Positions 47,226 through 56,671 of a stretch of 64,000 nt of DNA are shown piece after piece. The translations under genes were made by a program, and so were the position numbers. The DNA is taken from contig JBNJFI010000003.1 of assembly GCA_051746725.1 (NCBI GenBank), positions 9,071-73,070 of the forward strand, in the 5' to 3' direction. Position 1 is the first letter of the stretch; each line of letters starts with the position of its first letter. Origin of the DNA: Fusobacteriota bacterium. GTDB lineage: Bacteria; Fusobacteriota; Fusobacteriia; Fusobacteriales; JBNJFI01. The notes beneath the pieces are model-generated. The model was given only the letters and a program-made list of their open reading frames with translations, did no database searches and was not told where the DNA came from.

Positions 47226-48239
47226 ATGGCAAAAAAGAATGATACTCTAACAGGAAAACAAAAATCCGCAATATTATTGATATCATTAGGTCAGGATATT
47301 GCTTCTGAAGTTTTTAAACACTTAGAGGAAGATCAAATAGAACAATTAACATTAGAAATTGCAAGATTACATAAAATTGACTCTGAAACAAAAGATAAAG
47401 TTTTTGAAGAATTTAATGAATTAATGGTTGCTCAACAATATATTTCTCAAGGTGGAATAAGTTATGCTAAAGATATTTTAGAAAAAGCCATGGGAGAAGA
47501 TAGAGCTTTAAGTGTAATAAAAAAATTAACTAGTTCTCTTCAAGTTAAACCATTTGATTTTATTCAAAGAACCGAATCAAGACAGATTTTAAACTTTATA
47601 TCTGGAGAACATCCGCAAACAATTGCTCTGATAATTTCTTATCTATCAGCTGAAAAGGCTGCTCAGATAATATCGGAAATACCTGAGGATAAACAATCTG
47701 AAATTGCTAAAAGGATTGCATTAATGGATAGAACTTCTCCCGAAATGATCCGTGAAGTGGAAAGAGTATTGGAAAGAAAAATTTCATCTATTGCTGGAGA
47801 AGATTATACTTCAACAGGTGGCTTAGAATCAGTTGTTGATATATTGAATAATGTAGATAGAGGAACGGAAAAAACTATTTTGGAATCTCTAGAAGATCAA
47901 GAGCCAGAATTAGCAGAAGAAATCAAAAAACAGATGTTTGTATTTGAAGATATCACTTTATTGGATGATCCTGGAATTCAACTTGTATTACGTAAGGTAG
48001 AAAATAAAGATCTTTCGCTAGCTCTTAAAGGCTCTAGTGAGGAAGTTAAAGAAAAAATACTTGCAAATATGTCCAAGAATGCGTCTGAAAGGCTTAGAGA
48101 TGACATGGAATATATGGGTCCTGTGAGAGTTAAAGATGTAGAAGAAGCTCAACAAAAAATTGTAAATTCTATCAGAAAATTAGAAGATCAGGGTGAAATC
48201 GTTATTGCAAGAGGAAATGAGGATGAGATGATTGTTTAA
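47226..48239 (+). CDS. fliG: Flagellar motor switch protein FliG
   Basis: GG.SYA, EHPQTIA, GG, MFVFED, LALKG, NMS, GPVR..DVE.AQ. Confidence 0.97.
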   Translation: MAKKNDTLTGKQKSAILLISLGQDIASEVFKHLEEDQIEQLTLEIARLHKIDSETKDKVFEEFNELMVAQQYISQGGISYAKDILEKAMGEDRALSVIKKLTSSLQVKPFDFIQRTESRQILNFISGEHPQTIALIISYLSAEKAAQIISEIPEDKQSEIAKRIALMDRTSPEMIREVERVLERKISSIAGEDYTSTGGLESVVDILNNVDRGTEKTILESLEDQEPELAEEIKKQMFVFEDITLLDDPGIQLVLRKVENKDLSLALKGSSEEVKEKILANMSKNASERLRDDMEYMGPVRVKDVEEAQQKIVNSIRKLEDQGEIVIARGNEDEMIV

Positions 48240-49047
48240 TGTAATTAAAGGGGAACTTGTAAAAACATCAGATCCTGTAATGATAAAAAATGGTAAAAAA
48301 CAAGAAGTTGATAAAGAGAAAAATGATAGAGAAAAAGAAAAAACAATAGATAAACTACAAAGGAAAATAGAAAAAAAAGAAAAAGAGTTAAAGGAAAAGT
48401 CAAAAAAGCTTTCAGAAATAGAAAAACAAATTTCTAATAAAACACAAGAAAATCAAAAAAAAGCTCAGCAAATATTAGATGATGCCCAAGAAAAAATTAA
48501 GTATGAAAAAGAGGTCAATCAAAAAAGGGGATATCAAGATGGATATCAAGAAGGAATAAAAAAAGGAGAAGAAGAAGTAATAGAAAAGGGACAACAATTA
48601 TTTATCCGCGCTCAATCTATAATAGATGAAGCGCTAAATATAAAGAAAAAGGTTTTAGAAGATAACAGTAAAGACATTTTAGAACTGGCACTAAAAATTG
48701 CAAAAAAGATAATAAAAAAAGAAGTAGAAAAAGATCGAGATATAGTTCAAAGGAATTTAGATGAAGCTATAAAGAAAATCCCTATAAGTAAAAAAATAAC
48801 TATAATTTTAAATTGGGAAGATTTAGAGTATATTAAAGAAATCAAAGATGATTTGATTTCTAAGATACAAGGAGTAGATGAAATTGATATCACAGAGGAT
48901 CCATCTTTAAATAAAGGAGGCTGCATTTTGGAAACGAGCATTGGGACTATTGATGCTTCAATTAATTCTCAAATGGAAATTTTATATAATAAATTATTAA
49001 ATATAGAAAAAAATGAAAATAAGAAAACTGAGGATGGAAGTGAATAA
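48232..49047 (+). CDS. fliH: Flagellar export protein FliH
   Basis: GYQDGYQEG...G repeats, coiled coil, GGCILETS.G.IDAS. Confidence 0.9.
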   Translation: MFNVIKGELVKTSDPVMIKNGKKQEVDKEKNDREKEKTIDKLQRKIEKKEKELKEKSKKLSEIEKQISNKTQENQKKAQQILDDAQEKIKYEKEVNQKRGYQDGYQEGIKKGEEEVIEKGQQLFIRAQSIIDEALNIKKKVLEDNSKDILELALKIAKKIIKKEVEKDRDIVQRNLDEAIKKIPISKKITIILNWEDLEYIKEIKDDLISKIQGVDEIDITEDPSLNKGGCILETSIGTIDASINSQMEILYNKLLNIEKNENKKTEDGSE

Positions 49048-49050
49048 TAC

Positions 49051-50364
49051 TTGGATATTACAAAATATATTAAGGCTATTGAAGAGATAGATACAATTCA
49101 TATGAATGGAAAAGTTGTAAGAGTCATAGGATTAATAATAGAATCAGAAGGACCAATAGTGAAACTTGGAGAACATTGTTATATTAAAATGTTAAATAAA
49201 GATGAACATATTGATGCTGAAGTAGTTGGGTTTAGCTCGGACAAAATATTACTTATGCCACTGGGAGAAATGACCGGTATAGGTCACGGGTGTGAAGTCG
49301 TAGCTACAGGAAAACAACTTCAGATACCAGTTAGTGAAAAATTACTAGGAAGAGTGCTAGATGGTTTAGGTAGACCTATAGATAGCAAAGGACAAATAAT
49401 GACATCTGATACTGCAAAATTGGAAAGCCCTCCTCCTAATCCTTTGGATAGAGATAGAATTTCTAAACCATTATCGATAGGAGTAAAAGCTATTGATGGA
49501 TTATTAACCTGTGGAAAAGGTCAAAGATTAGGTATTTTTGCAGGAAGTGGTGTTGGAAAAAGTACATTACTTGGGATGATTGCAAGAAATAGCTCGGCAG
49601 ATATAAATGTAATAGGATTGATTGGAGAGAGAGGCCGAGAAGTGCGTGAGTTTATTGAAAAAGATTTAGGAGAAGAAGGATTAAAAAAATCAGTAGTGGT
49701 AGTAGCGACTTCCGATCAGCCTGCATTAGTGAGATTAAAGGGAGCTTTAACAGCAACTGCAATTGCGGAGTATTTTAGAGATCAAGGAAAAGATGTTATG
49801 CTAATGATGGATTCACTAACAAGATTTGCAATGGCACAGAGAGAAGTGGGGCTTGCTACAGGAGAGCCTCCAACAACTAAAGGTTATACTCCATCGGTAT
49901 TTGCTTTACTTCCTAAGTTACTAGAAAGGAGCGGAAATTCTGATAAGGGAACTATTACTGGATTATATACTGTTTTAGTGGAAGGTGATGATATGGATGA
50001 GCCTATTGCTGATGCTGTTAGAGGTATTTTAGATGGACATATTGTTTTATCAAGAAAGTTAGCTTCAAAAGGACACTATCCTGCTATAGATGTATTAGAA
50101 AGTGTTTCTAGAGTCATGCCACAGATAATATCAGATGAACATTTAAAAAATTCTCAACAAATACGAGAAATATTAGCTAATTATGATGAAGTTGAGGATC
50201 TTTTGAATATAGGAGCTTATCAAAAAGGGAATAATCCCAAGGCAGATTATGCTGTTGAAAATATTGGAAAAGTAAAGAATTTTTTAACTCAAGATGTAAT
50301 GAAAAAAACTGAATTAAATGATACAGAGGATAAGATGAATAAATTATTAAAAAAAGAGGAGTAG
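49051..50364 (+). CDS. fliI: Flagellar export ATPase FliI
   Basis: GIFAGSGVGKSTL, GERGREV, MDSLTRFAMAQRE, LDGHIVLSR, YPAIDVL.S.SR. Confidence 0.96.
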   Translation: MDITKYIKAIEEIDTIHMNGKVVRVIGLIIESEGPIVKLGEHCYIKMLNKDEHIDAEVVGFSSDKILLMPLGEMTGIGHGCEVVATGKQLQIPVSEKLLGRVLDGLGRPIDSKGQIMTSDTAKLESPPPNPLDRDRISKPLSIGVKAIDGLLTCGKGQRLGIFAGSGVGKSTLLGMIARNSSADINVIGLIGERGREVREFIEKDLGEEGLKKSVVVVATSDQPALVRLKGALTATAIAEYFRDQGKDVMLMMDSLTRFAMAQREVGLATGEPPTTKGYTPSVFALLPKLLERSGNSDKGTITGLYTVLVEGDDMDEPIADAVRGILDGHIVLSRKLASKGHYPAIDVLESVSRVMPQIISDEHLKNSQQIREILANYDEVEDLLNIGAYQKGNNPKADYAVENIGKVKNFLTQDVMKKTELNDTEDKMNKLLKKEE

Positions 50365-50367
50365 ATT

Positions 50368-52266
50368 ATGAAAAAAATCATGTTAGGAATAGCTTTAGTG
50401 TTTTTTATATTTGGATGTAGTAATGACCCAATAACAACTAAAGAACAGGTAAAACAAGTAAATCAGAAAGATAATTTATCCCAAAATGAATATAAAGAAC
50501 TTATAGATATATTTAGAGGTGAAAATTATGAGCAGGATTTAAGATTGCTAGCTATGAATACACTAAAGAATCATAATTATCCTAAAATGAAAGAATTAAT
50601 TGAAAATTCTTTGAAAAGTTCTAATAATAAATTAAAATCTGAATTAATAGAGGAAAGCTTAAATTATGATAATTTTGATTATGAAAAAAAAATAAAAAAT
50701 GAAATATTGTATAAATTAATTGAAAATAAAAATTATAAAGATTTTTTTAGAATATATTCCAATGAAGAATTGGATCTGACTCATGAACAACTGAAGAAGT
50801 TATTTGAAAATGTCGCTTTCAAAAAAGATCTAAAAAATATACTAAACTTAATTAATTTTAATAAAGATTATGAGATATTTTTTGAAAGTTTAAATAAATA
50901 TTTTGATTTAACATATGATTACTTTGAAACCTTAGATCATGAATGGTTAAGACGATCTTTATCTAACAATTTTAAATTATTAGATAACTATATTTCTAAA
51001 ATTAATGAAGAAAATTATGAAAAATATAAAACTTTTTTGTTAAAAGGCATAAATAGTCTATCGAGAAATAATCAAAAAAGATTAGCAGACTTGATATGTA
51101 AATATGACTCTCCAAAGGAGTTTTTATTATCAGACAACTATTTTTTGCAGAAAAAAGCCATTGGAGAATTTGGACGTAAAGAAAGTTTAAAATTTTATAA
51201 TAATATACAAAATGATAGTTATGAAAAATATAGAGGATTAATATTATTAGGAGAAGCCGAATACGAAGATGTTTTAACAGCATTTCGAAAAAACAATGAA
51301 ATTGAATACCTTAGTTTAATTATTTTTTTAAGTAGTGAAAATATAGAAGAAATTTTAGAAAAGTCTCTTCATAAATTATCATTAGCTGAAAAAAAACAAG
51401 CAATTAAAATGATGCATAATAGCAAAATTGATGATCAAAAATTAGCAGAAGTATTATTTATTGCTTTAGATATAGAAGAAAATATAGAGGCTAGAATTAT
51501 ATATGAAAGTGTAATTTTAGAAATTAGTCCTGATAATCTTCTAAGATTATTTAGAAAAATAATGATGGAAGATAAGTATTCGAATTTAGAAAAATCTAAT
51601 ATAATGCAATATTTAGTTAATATAGAAAATGAAAATTTAAAATCTAGATTATTAAAAATTGGAGAGCATAACATATATTCTTTGACTCGAGAAAAAGAAG
51701 ATGAGATACTATTATTATCTAAAAAAGTTAAATTATGGAAAGATTATTTATCTGAAATTCCAAATAGTTCTTATGAAAGCGAGATCCAAAATAAGATACA
51801 AAAATATAAATCAAGATTAGAAGATATCAAAAAAGAAATTGATCTATCAACTAACATAAATCATCTTGATGAAAAAATATTTGAACTTCAAGAATCGATT
51901 TTCAATGAAGAAGATACAAAGAAGAAAAAGGTCTATAGATCGCAACTAGAACAACTAAAGTTGGAAAAAGAAAAATATTTAAAAAAGAAAAATCAGTCAA
52001 TAGAAGAAAGACTAGAAAATTTAGAAGAAGAGTATATATATTATAAAGAAAAAGTTAGTGGAATAAATCAGGAAATATATTACGCAAGAATCGAAGAAGA
52101 TGAAGAACTATTAGATAGCTTGAAAAAACAAAAAACAAAAAATATGATTAAAATGCAAACCAGTCTAGAAAAATTAAGATATTTATATGGAGAATATTTA
52201 GAAACAGATATTGATCCAATGGAAATATTAGATCTTGATACTATTAATGCGTTAAAAGGAAGATAA
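50368..52266 (+). CDS. Uncharacterised lipoprotein with HEAT/ARM-like helical repeats and C-terminal coiled coil, inside the fli operon
   Basis: MKKIMLGIALVFFIFG-C lipobox; amphipathic helical repeats; heptad-rich C-terminus; 3-bp gap to fliI and 0-bp gap to fliJ. Confidence 0.7.
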   Translation: MKKIMLGIALVFFIFGCSNDPITTKEQVKQVNQKDNLSQNEYKELIDIFRGENYEQDLRLLAMNTLKNHNYPKMKELIENSLKSSNNKLKSELIEESLNYDNFDYEKKIKNEILYKLIENKNYKDFFRIYSNEELDLTHEQLKKLFENVAFKKDLKNILNLINFNKDYEIFFESLNKYFDLTYDYFETLDHEWLRRSLSNNFKLLDNYISKINEENYEKYKTFLLKGINSLSRNNQKRLADLICKYDSPKEFLLSDNYFLQKKAIGEFGRKESLKFYNNIQNDSYEKYRGLILLGEAEYEDVLTAFRKNNEIEYLSLIIFLSSENIEEILEKSLHKLSLAEKKQAIKMMHNSKIDDQKLAEVLFIALDIEENIEARIIYESVILEISPDNLLRLFRKIMMEDKYSNLEKSNIMQYLVNIENENLKSRLLKIGEHNIYSLTREKEDEILLLSKKVKLWKDYLSEIPNSSYESEIQNKIQKYKSRLEDIKKEIDLSTNINHLDEKIFELQESIFNEEDTKKKKVYRSQLEQLKLEKEKYLKKKNQSIEERLENLEEEYIYYKEKVSGINQEIYYARIEEDEELLDSLKKQKTKNMIKMQTSLEKLRYLYGEYLETDIDPMEILDLDTINALKGR

Positions 52267-52713
52267 ATGTTCAAATTTAAATATTCAAAGGCATTAGAAA
52301 TTAAAGAGAAAAAAAAGAAAAAAACCAGACTTGAGTTAGAAAAGATTAATTCTAAGTTACTAAAGGAGAAATCTAAACTAAAAAATAACAAAATGGAATA
52401 TCAAAATTATTTAAAAAAATCTAAAAAATTAAAAAAAGGAAAACTTGATATTCAATCTTTAAAACAAGGTGAAAATGTAAGAAAAAGATATAAAAAAGAG
52501 AATTTAAGGATTACAAACGAAATAAATAAGTTAGATAAAAAATATTCTGAGGTAAAGGAAAAACTAATTAAAGCCAATAAAGAAGAAAAAATATTTAAAA
52601 AATTAAAAGAAAAAGATTATAATAAGTATAAAGAAAAACAGAAAAAGAAAGAACAAACTTTTTTGGATGAAATAAATACAAGTAAATATAATAGGAGTAA
52701 TGACAATGGCTAA
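52267..52713 (+). CDS. fliJ: Flagellar export protein FliJ
   Basis: 148 aa; N-terminal FKFKYSKALEIKE, coiled coil, EEKIFKKLKEK...EQ.FLDE. Confidence 0.8.
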   Translation: MFKFKYSKALEIKEKKKKKTRLELEKINSKLLKEKSKLKNNKMEYQNYLKKSKKLKKGKLDIQSLKQGENVRKRYKKENLRITNEINKLDKKYSEVKEKLIKANKEEKIFKKLKEKDYNKYKEKQKKKEQTFLDEINTSKYNRSNDNG

Positions 52714-53347
52714 AAATAAAAAAGGTTATTTTTTATATACAATATTTTTGTTTATTATGTTTATAATAACACTATTAAGTGCAGTTGTGTTTTTAGATAT
52801 AATAGGTATATTAAATATAGGAAATTCAATTCCTGCTGATTCATCAGTGGGAAGATTGCCATATGTTGGACAATATTTAAAATATAGCCGAACTTTACAT
52901 ATGTCAGAAGAAGATAGGTTAGAAGCTAGAACTTCACAATATCAAGAGATATTAGAAACTCAAAAAAGAAAACTAATCATCCAAGAAGAAAATCTAAAGG
53001 AACTAAAGGCAGAAATACAAGAAAGGTCCAAAGAATTAGATGAAAAGGAAAAAGAACTAAAAGAAAGAGAAGAAGAACTAGAAGAAAGTCAAAAAGAATT
53101 AGAAGAATTTAAATTTGATTATGAGGCCAAGGAAGAAAATATAAATAAATTTGCTCAAATTTATTCTGAGATGGAGGCTGAAAAAGCGGCCAATATAATG
53201 AAAAATATAGATAATGAAATTGTAGCTAAAGTTTTAGAGAATATGGATACAGAGAATATTGCACCAATTTTAGAATTTTTATCGGATATTGATATGGAAA
53301 AAACTAAAAATATAACTGAAATGATGACTAGTAAAGAGGGAGAATGA
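52700..53347 (+). CDS. YlxF/FlbB/MotE-like flagellar accessory protein (TM, coiled coil, MgtE_N-like domain)
   Basis: N-terminal TM, long charged coiled coil, IYSEMEAEKAANIM...LENM....APIL; sits directly after fliJ. Confidence 0.75.
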   Translation: MTMAKNKKGYFLYTIFLFIMFIITLLSAVVFLDIIGILNIGNSIPADSSVGRLPYVGQYLKYSRTLHMSEEDRLEARTSQYQEILETQKRKLIIQEENLKELKAEIQERSKELDEKEKELKEREEELEESQKELEEFKFDYEAKEENINKFAQIYSEMEAEKAANIMKNIDNEIVAKVLENMDTENIAPILEFLSDIDMEKTKNITEMMTSKEGE

Positions 53348-53348
53348 A

Positions 53349-53666
53349 ATGAATACTAAACAAAAAAAACTTTTTATAATATTAAATATTTTAATAGTTA
53401 TATTTGTTATCCATATTGCTTTTGATACGTTATTGATATATAAAGATTTGAGAAATAACAAAATTACCATAGAAAAGAAACAACAAAATATAAAAAAATT
53501 GGAGGAGAGAAAAGAAAATTTAGAAAAAAATTTGAAAAATATCAAGAAATTAGATATAATGGAAGAGATAGCACGGGAAAAATTATATATGGTTAAAGAA
53601 AACGAAAAAATTTATCGTGTTTTGAAAACAAAAAAAGAAGATTCTGAAGGGAGAGAAAAAAGGTAA
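53349..53666 (+). CDS. Septum formation initiator FtsB/DivIC family
   Basis: TM, coiled coil, EEIAREKLYMVKENE.IY. Confidence 0.85.
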   Translation: MNTKQKKLFIILNILIVIFVIHIAFDTLLIYKDLRNNKITIEKKQQNIKKLEERKENLEKNLKNIKKLDIMEEIAREKLYMVKENEKIYRVLKTKKEDSEGREKR

Positions 53667-54050
53667 ATGGCAATTAAAAAAGGTGATATTGTAAAGGGTA
53701 AAGTTGAAAAGTTAACTAACTTTGGTGCATTTGTAAATTTAGGAAATAACAGAACAGGGTTGGTTCATATTTCTGAAGTAGATTCTTCATATGTTGAAGA
53801 TATCTCAGATTTTTTAAAAGAGGGACAAAAGATTAAGGTTAAGGTTTTAGCAATTAAAGATGGAGGGAAAATTGATTTATCTATTAAAGCTATAAAGAAA
53901 AAGAAAAAAAAGAAAAAAATAACCGGATCTTTAAATCTTGAAAGTCAAAAACATGACTCTGGAAAATTTGAAGATAAAATTACGAACTTTTTAAAAAGTA
54001 GTGAAGAAAGACAAAATGCTATAAATAAAAGGTTAAATGATAGAAAATAA
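53667..54050 (+). CDS. S1 RNA-binding domain protein (YabR/YugI-like)
   Basis: GKV..LTNFGAFV, GLVHISEV...YV, KVKVL, IDLSIK, FEDKI..FLKSSEER. Confidence 0.9.
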   Translation: MAIKKGDIVKGKVEKLTNFGAFVNLGNNRTGLVHISEVDSSYVEDISDFLKEGQKIKVKVLAIKDGGKIDLSIKAIKKKKKKKKITGSLNLESQKHDSGKFEDKITNFLKSSEERQNAINKRLNDRK

Positions 54051-54069
54051 TTAGGAGGAATTCATAATA

Positions 54070-55089
54070 ATGAAAAGAAATTTAGCACTTGAATTTGCTA
54101 GAGTTACAGAAGTTGCAGCTTTAGCCTCGGAGCAATGGATTGGGCGTGGAGATAAAGAAAGTGCAGACCAAGCAGCTGTAAATGCTATGAGGTCAATGCT
54201 CAATAAAATTGATGTCGATGGAAAAGTTGTAATTGGTGAAGGAGAAATTGATGAAGCTCCTATGTTATTTATAGGAGAAGAGGTGGGAAAAAAAGGTGCT
54301 AAAACTAAAATAGATATCGCTGTTGATCCTATTGAAGGGACTAAAATGACAGCAAAAGGACAGCCAAATGCATTGGCTGTTATGGCAGTTGCAAATCGAG
54401 GAAGTTTTTTAGAGGCTCCTGATATGTATATGGAAAAATTAATAGTTGGTTCAAATGCTAGAGGAGCTATAGATTTAAATTTACCATTAGAGGATAATAT
54501 AAATAATATTTCAAAAAAAATAGGAAAAGATCTCAGAGATATGTCTGTTGTTATTTTAGATAAACCGAGACATTCACAAGTTATAAGAGATCTACAAAAT
54601 ATGGGGTTAAAAGTTATGGCATTTACCGATGGAGATGTTGCTGGATCTATATTAGCTGCTTTAGAGACCTCGGATGTAGATCTCTTATATGGGATTGGAG
54701 GAGCTCCTGAAGGCGTCATTTCTGCAGCTGCAATGCGTGCTCTTGATGGCGATATGCAGGCCAGGTTAAAGACTCGTAGTGAAGTCAAAGGGATATCTTT
54801 AGAAAATGATAAGATATCTAATACAGAAATTTCTAGATGCAAAGATATGGGAATTGAAGTAAATAAAGTTTTGAAACTAGATGACTTAGTTAAAGATGAG
54901 CAAGTTGTTTTTGTAGCTACTGGAATAACCAATGGAGATTTATTAAAAGGAATGAAGAAAAGTGGAGATATAATAACAACGTATTCACTACTAATACGAG
55001 GGAAAACACGTACAGTTAGATATATAAAATCAAAACATAATATAAAGCACAAGCCTGAAGAAACAAAAAAATGTATAATTGGAGGATAG
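54070..55089 (+). CDS. glpX: Class II fructose-1,6-bisphosphatase
   Basis: RVTE.AAL, VIGEGEIDEAPML, AVDPIEGT, APDMYMEK, DGDV, GGAPEGV, ATGIT.G. Confidence 0.96.
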   Translation: MKRNLALEFARVTEVAALASEQWIGRGDKESADQAAVNAMRSMLNKIDVDGKVVIGEGEIDEAPMLFIGEEVGKKGAKTKIDIAVDPIEGTKMTAKGQPNALAVMAVANRGSFLEAPDMYMEKLIVGSNARGAIDLNLPLEDNINNISKKIGKDLRDMSVVILDKPRHSQVIRDLQNMGLKVMAFTDGDVAGSILAALETSDVDLLYGIGGAPEGVISAAAMRALDGDMQARLKTRSEVKGISLENDKISNTEISRCKDMGIEVNKVLKLDDLVKDEQVVFVATGITNGDLLKGMKKSGDIITTYSLLIRGKTRTVRYIKSKHNIKHKPEETKKCIIGG

Positions 55090-56637
55090 ATGCATAAAAA
55101 TAGTATATTAATTTTAGATTTCGGTTCACAGTATAATCAACTCATAGCTAGAAGAATTAGGGAAATGGGAGTATATGCTGAAATAGTTCCTTATAATTTA
55201 TCGTTGGTAGAAATAAAAAAAAGGGATCCAAAAGCTATTATTTTATCTGGAGGTCCTGCGTCTGTATATGGCAAAGATTCTCCAAATATTTCAAAAGAAA
55301 TTTATGATATTGGCATACCTATATTAGGGATTTGTTATGGAATGCAACTTATAACTGATCATATGGGTGGAAAGGTCAAAAAAGCTTTAAAAAAAGAGTT
55401 TGGAAGAGCAAAATTAAAAATAAATAAAGATAAACAAGAGATACCTTTTTTGAAAGGCGTACAAAGTGATTCTCAAATCTGGATGAGTCACGGAGATCAT
55501 GTTACAGATATGCCTAATAATTTTGAAATATTAGGATATACTGAAAATTCTCCCATTGCAATAATGGGAAATATCAATAAAAATATTTATGCGGTTCAAT
55601 TTCATCCTGAAGTTACACATTCAACTTATGGAGATCAATTATTAAAAAACTTTGTTTTTAATATTGCTAATGCCAAAGCTAATTGGTCTATGGAAAACTT
55701 TGTTGAAAATGAAGTGAAAAGGATAAAAGAAAAAGTTGGAAATAAGAATGTTATTTTGGGATTATCTGGTGGTGTTGATTCTTCTGTTGCTGCTGTTTTA
55801 ATACATAAAGCTATTGGAGATCAATTAACATGTATTTTTGTGGATACTGGGTTAATGAGAAAAGATGAGGCCAAAAAAGTTATGGAGACTTACGGCAATC
55901 ATTTTGATATAAATATAGATATGGTTGATGCTAAGTCTCGATTTTTTGATAAACTTGAAGGAGTAACAGATCCAGAAAAAAAGAGAAAAATAATTGGGAA
56001 TGAATTTGTAGAAATTTTTGATGAAGAGGCAAAAAAGATAGAAAATGCAACATTTTTAGCCCAAGGAACAATATATCCAGATGTGATCGAATCTCAATCT
56101 GTAAAAGGACCTTCGGCAACGATTAAAAGTCATCACAATGTTGGAGGATTACCTGAAGAGATGAATTTGAAGTTATTAGAGCCTCTTAGAGAGCTATTTA
56201 AAGATGAAGTTAGAAAAGTAGGACGAGAGTTAGGAATCGACCAGGAAATGGTTGATAGACATCCATTTCCTGGTCCTGGTTTGGGGATTAGGATTTTAGG
56301 CGCTGTGGATAGAGAAAAAGTAGAAATTTTACAAAATGCCGATGATATTTTTATAAAAGAATTATGGAAATCGGATCTATATAATAAAGTTAGTCAAGCA
56401 TTTGTAGTGCTGCTTCCCATAAAATCAGTTGGAGTAATGGGCGATGAGAGAACTTATGAATATACAGCAGTAGTAAGATCAGCTGATACTACTGATTTTA
56501 TGACAGCTACGTGGTCTAAATTGCCATACGATTTACTAGAAAGAGTTTCTAATAGAATTATAAATGAAGTAGAAGGAATAAATAGAGTGGCTTATGATAT
56601 AAGTTCAAAACCACCAGCGACAATAGAGTGGGAATAA
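55090..56637 (+). CDS. guaA: GMP synthase (glutamine-hydrolysing)
   Basis: LDFGSQY, GICYGMQ, MSHGD, QFHPE, SGGVDS, KSHHNVGG, KPPATIEWE. Confidence 0.98.
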   Translation: MHKNSILILDFGSQYNQLIARRIREMGVYAEIVPYNLSLVEIKKRDPKAIILSGGPASVYGKDSPNISKEIYDIGIPILGICYGMQLITDHMGGKVKKALKKEFGRAKLKINKDKQEIPFLKGVQSDSQIWMSHGDHVTDMPNNFEILGYTENSPIAIMGNINKNIYAVQFHPEVTHSTYGDQLLKNFVFNIANAKANWSMENFVENEVKRIKEKVGNKNVILGLSGGVDSSVAAVLIHKAIGDQLTCIFVDTGLMRKDEAKKVMETYGNHFDINIDMVDAKSRFFDKLEGVTDPEKKRKIIGNEFVEIFDEEAKKIENATFLAQGTIYPDVIESQSVKGPSATIKSHHNVGGLPEEMNLKLLEPLRELFKDEVRKVGRELGIDQEMVDRHPFPGPGLGIRILGAVDREKVEILQNADDIFIKELWKSDLYNKVSQAFVVLLPIKSVGVMGDERTYEYTAVVRSADTTDFMTATWSKLPYDLLERVSNRIINEVEGINRVAYDISSKPPATIEWE

Positions 56638-56640
56638 AAG

Positions 56641-56671
56641 AGGAGGGGACGTATATACGGCCCCTTCTTTT
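56641..56671 (+). terminator. Intrinsic terminator after guaA
   Basis: AGGAGGGGACGT-ATAT-ACGGCCCCTTCT GC-rich stem (one mismatch, one G.U) followed by TTT. Confidence 0.7.

Noticed and set aside
49051..50364. FliI as an injectisome (T3SS) or F1 ATPase
   Set aside because: Context with flgB, flgC, fliE, fliF and fliG is flagellum-specific.
54051..55052. 333-aa minus-strand ORF antisense to glpX
   Set aside because: Lies almost entirely opposite a highly conserved gene, has the Ser/Ile/Phe/Pro-rich composition of a codon-mirror shadow ORF, and shows no recognisable motif.
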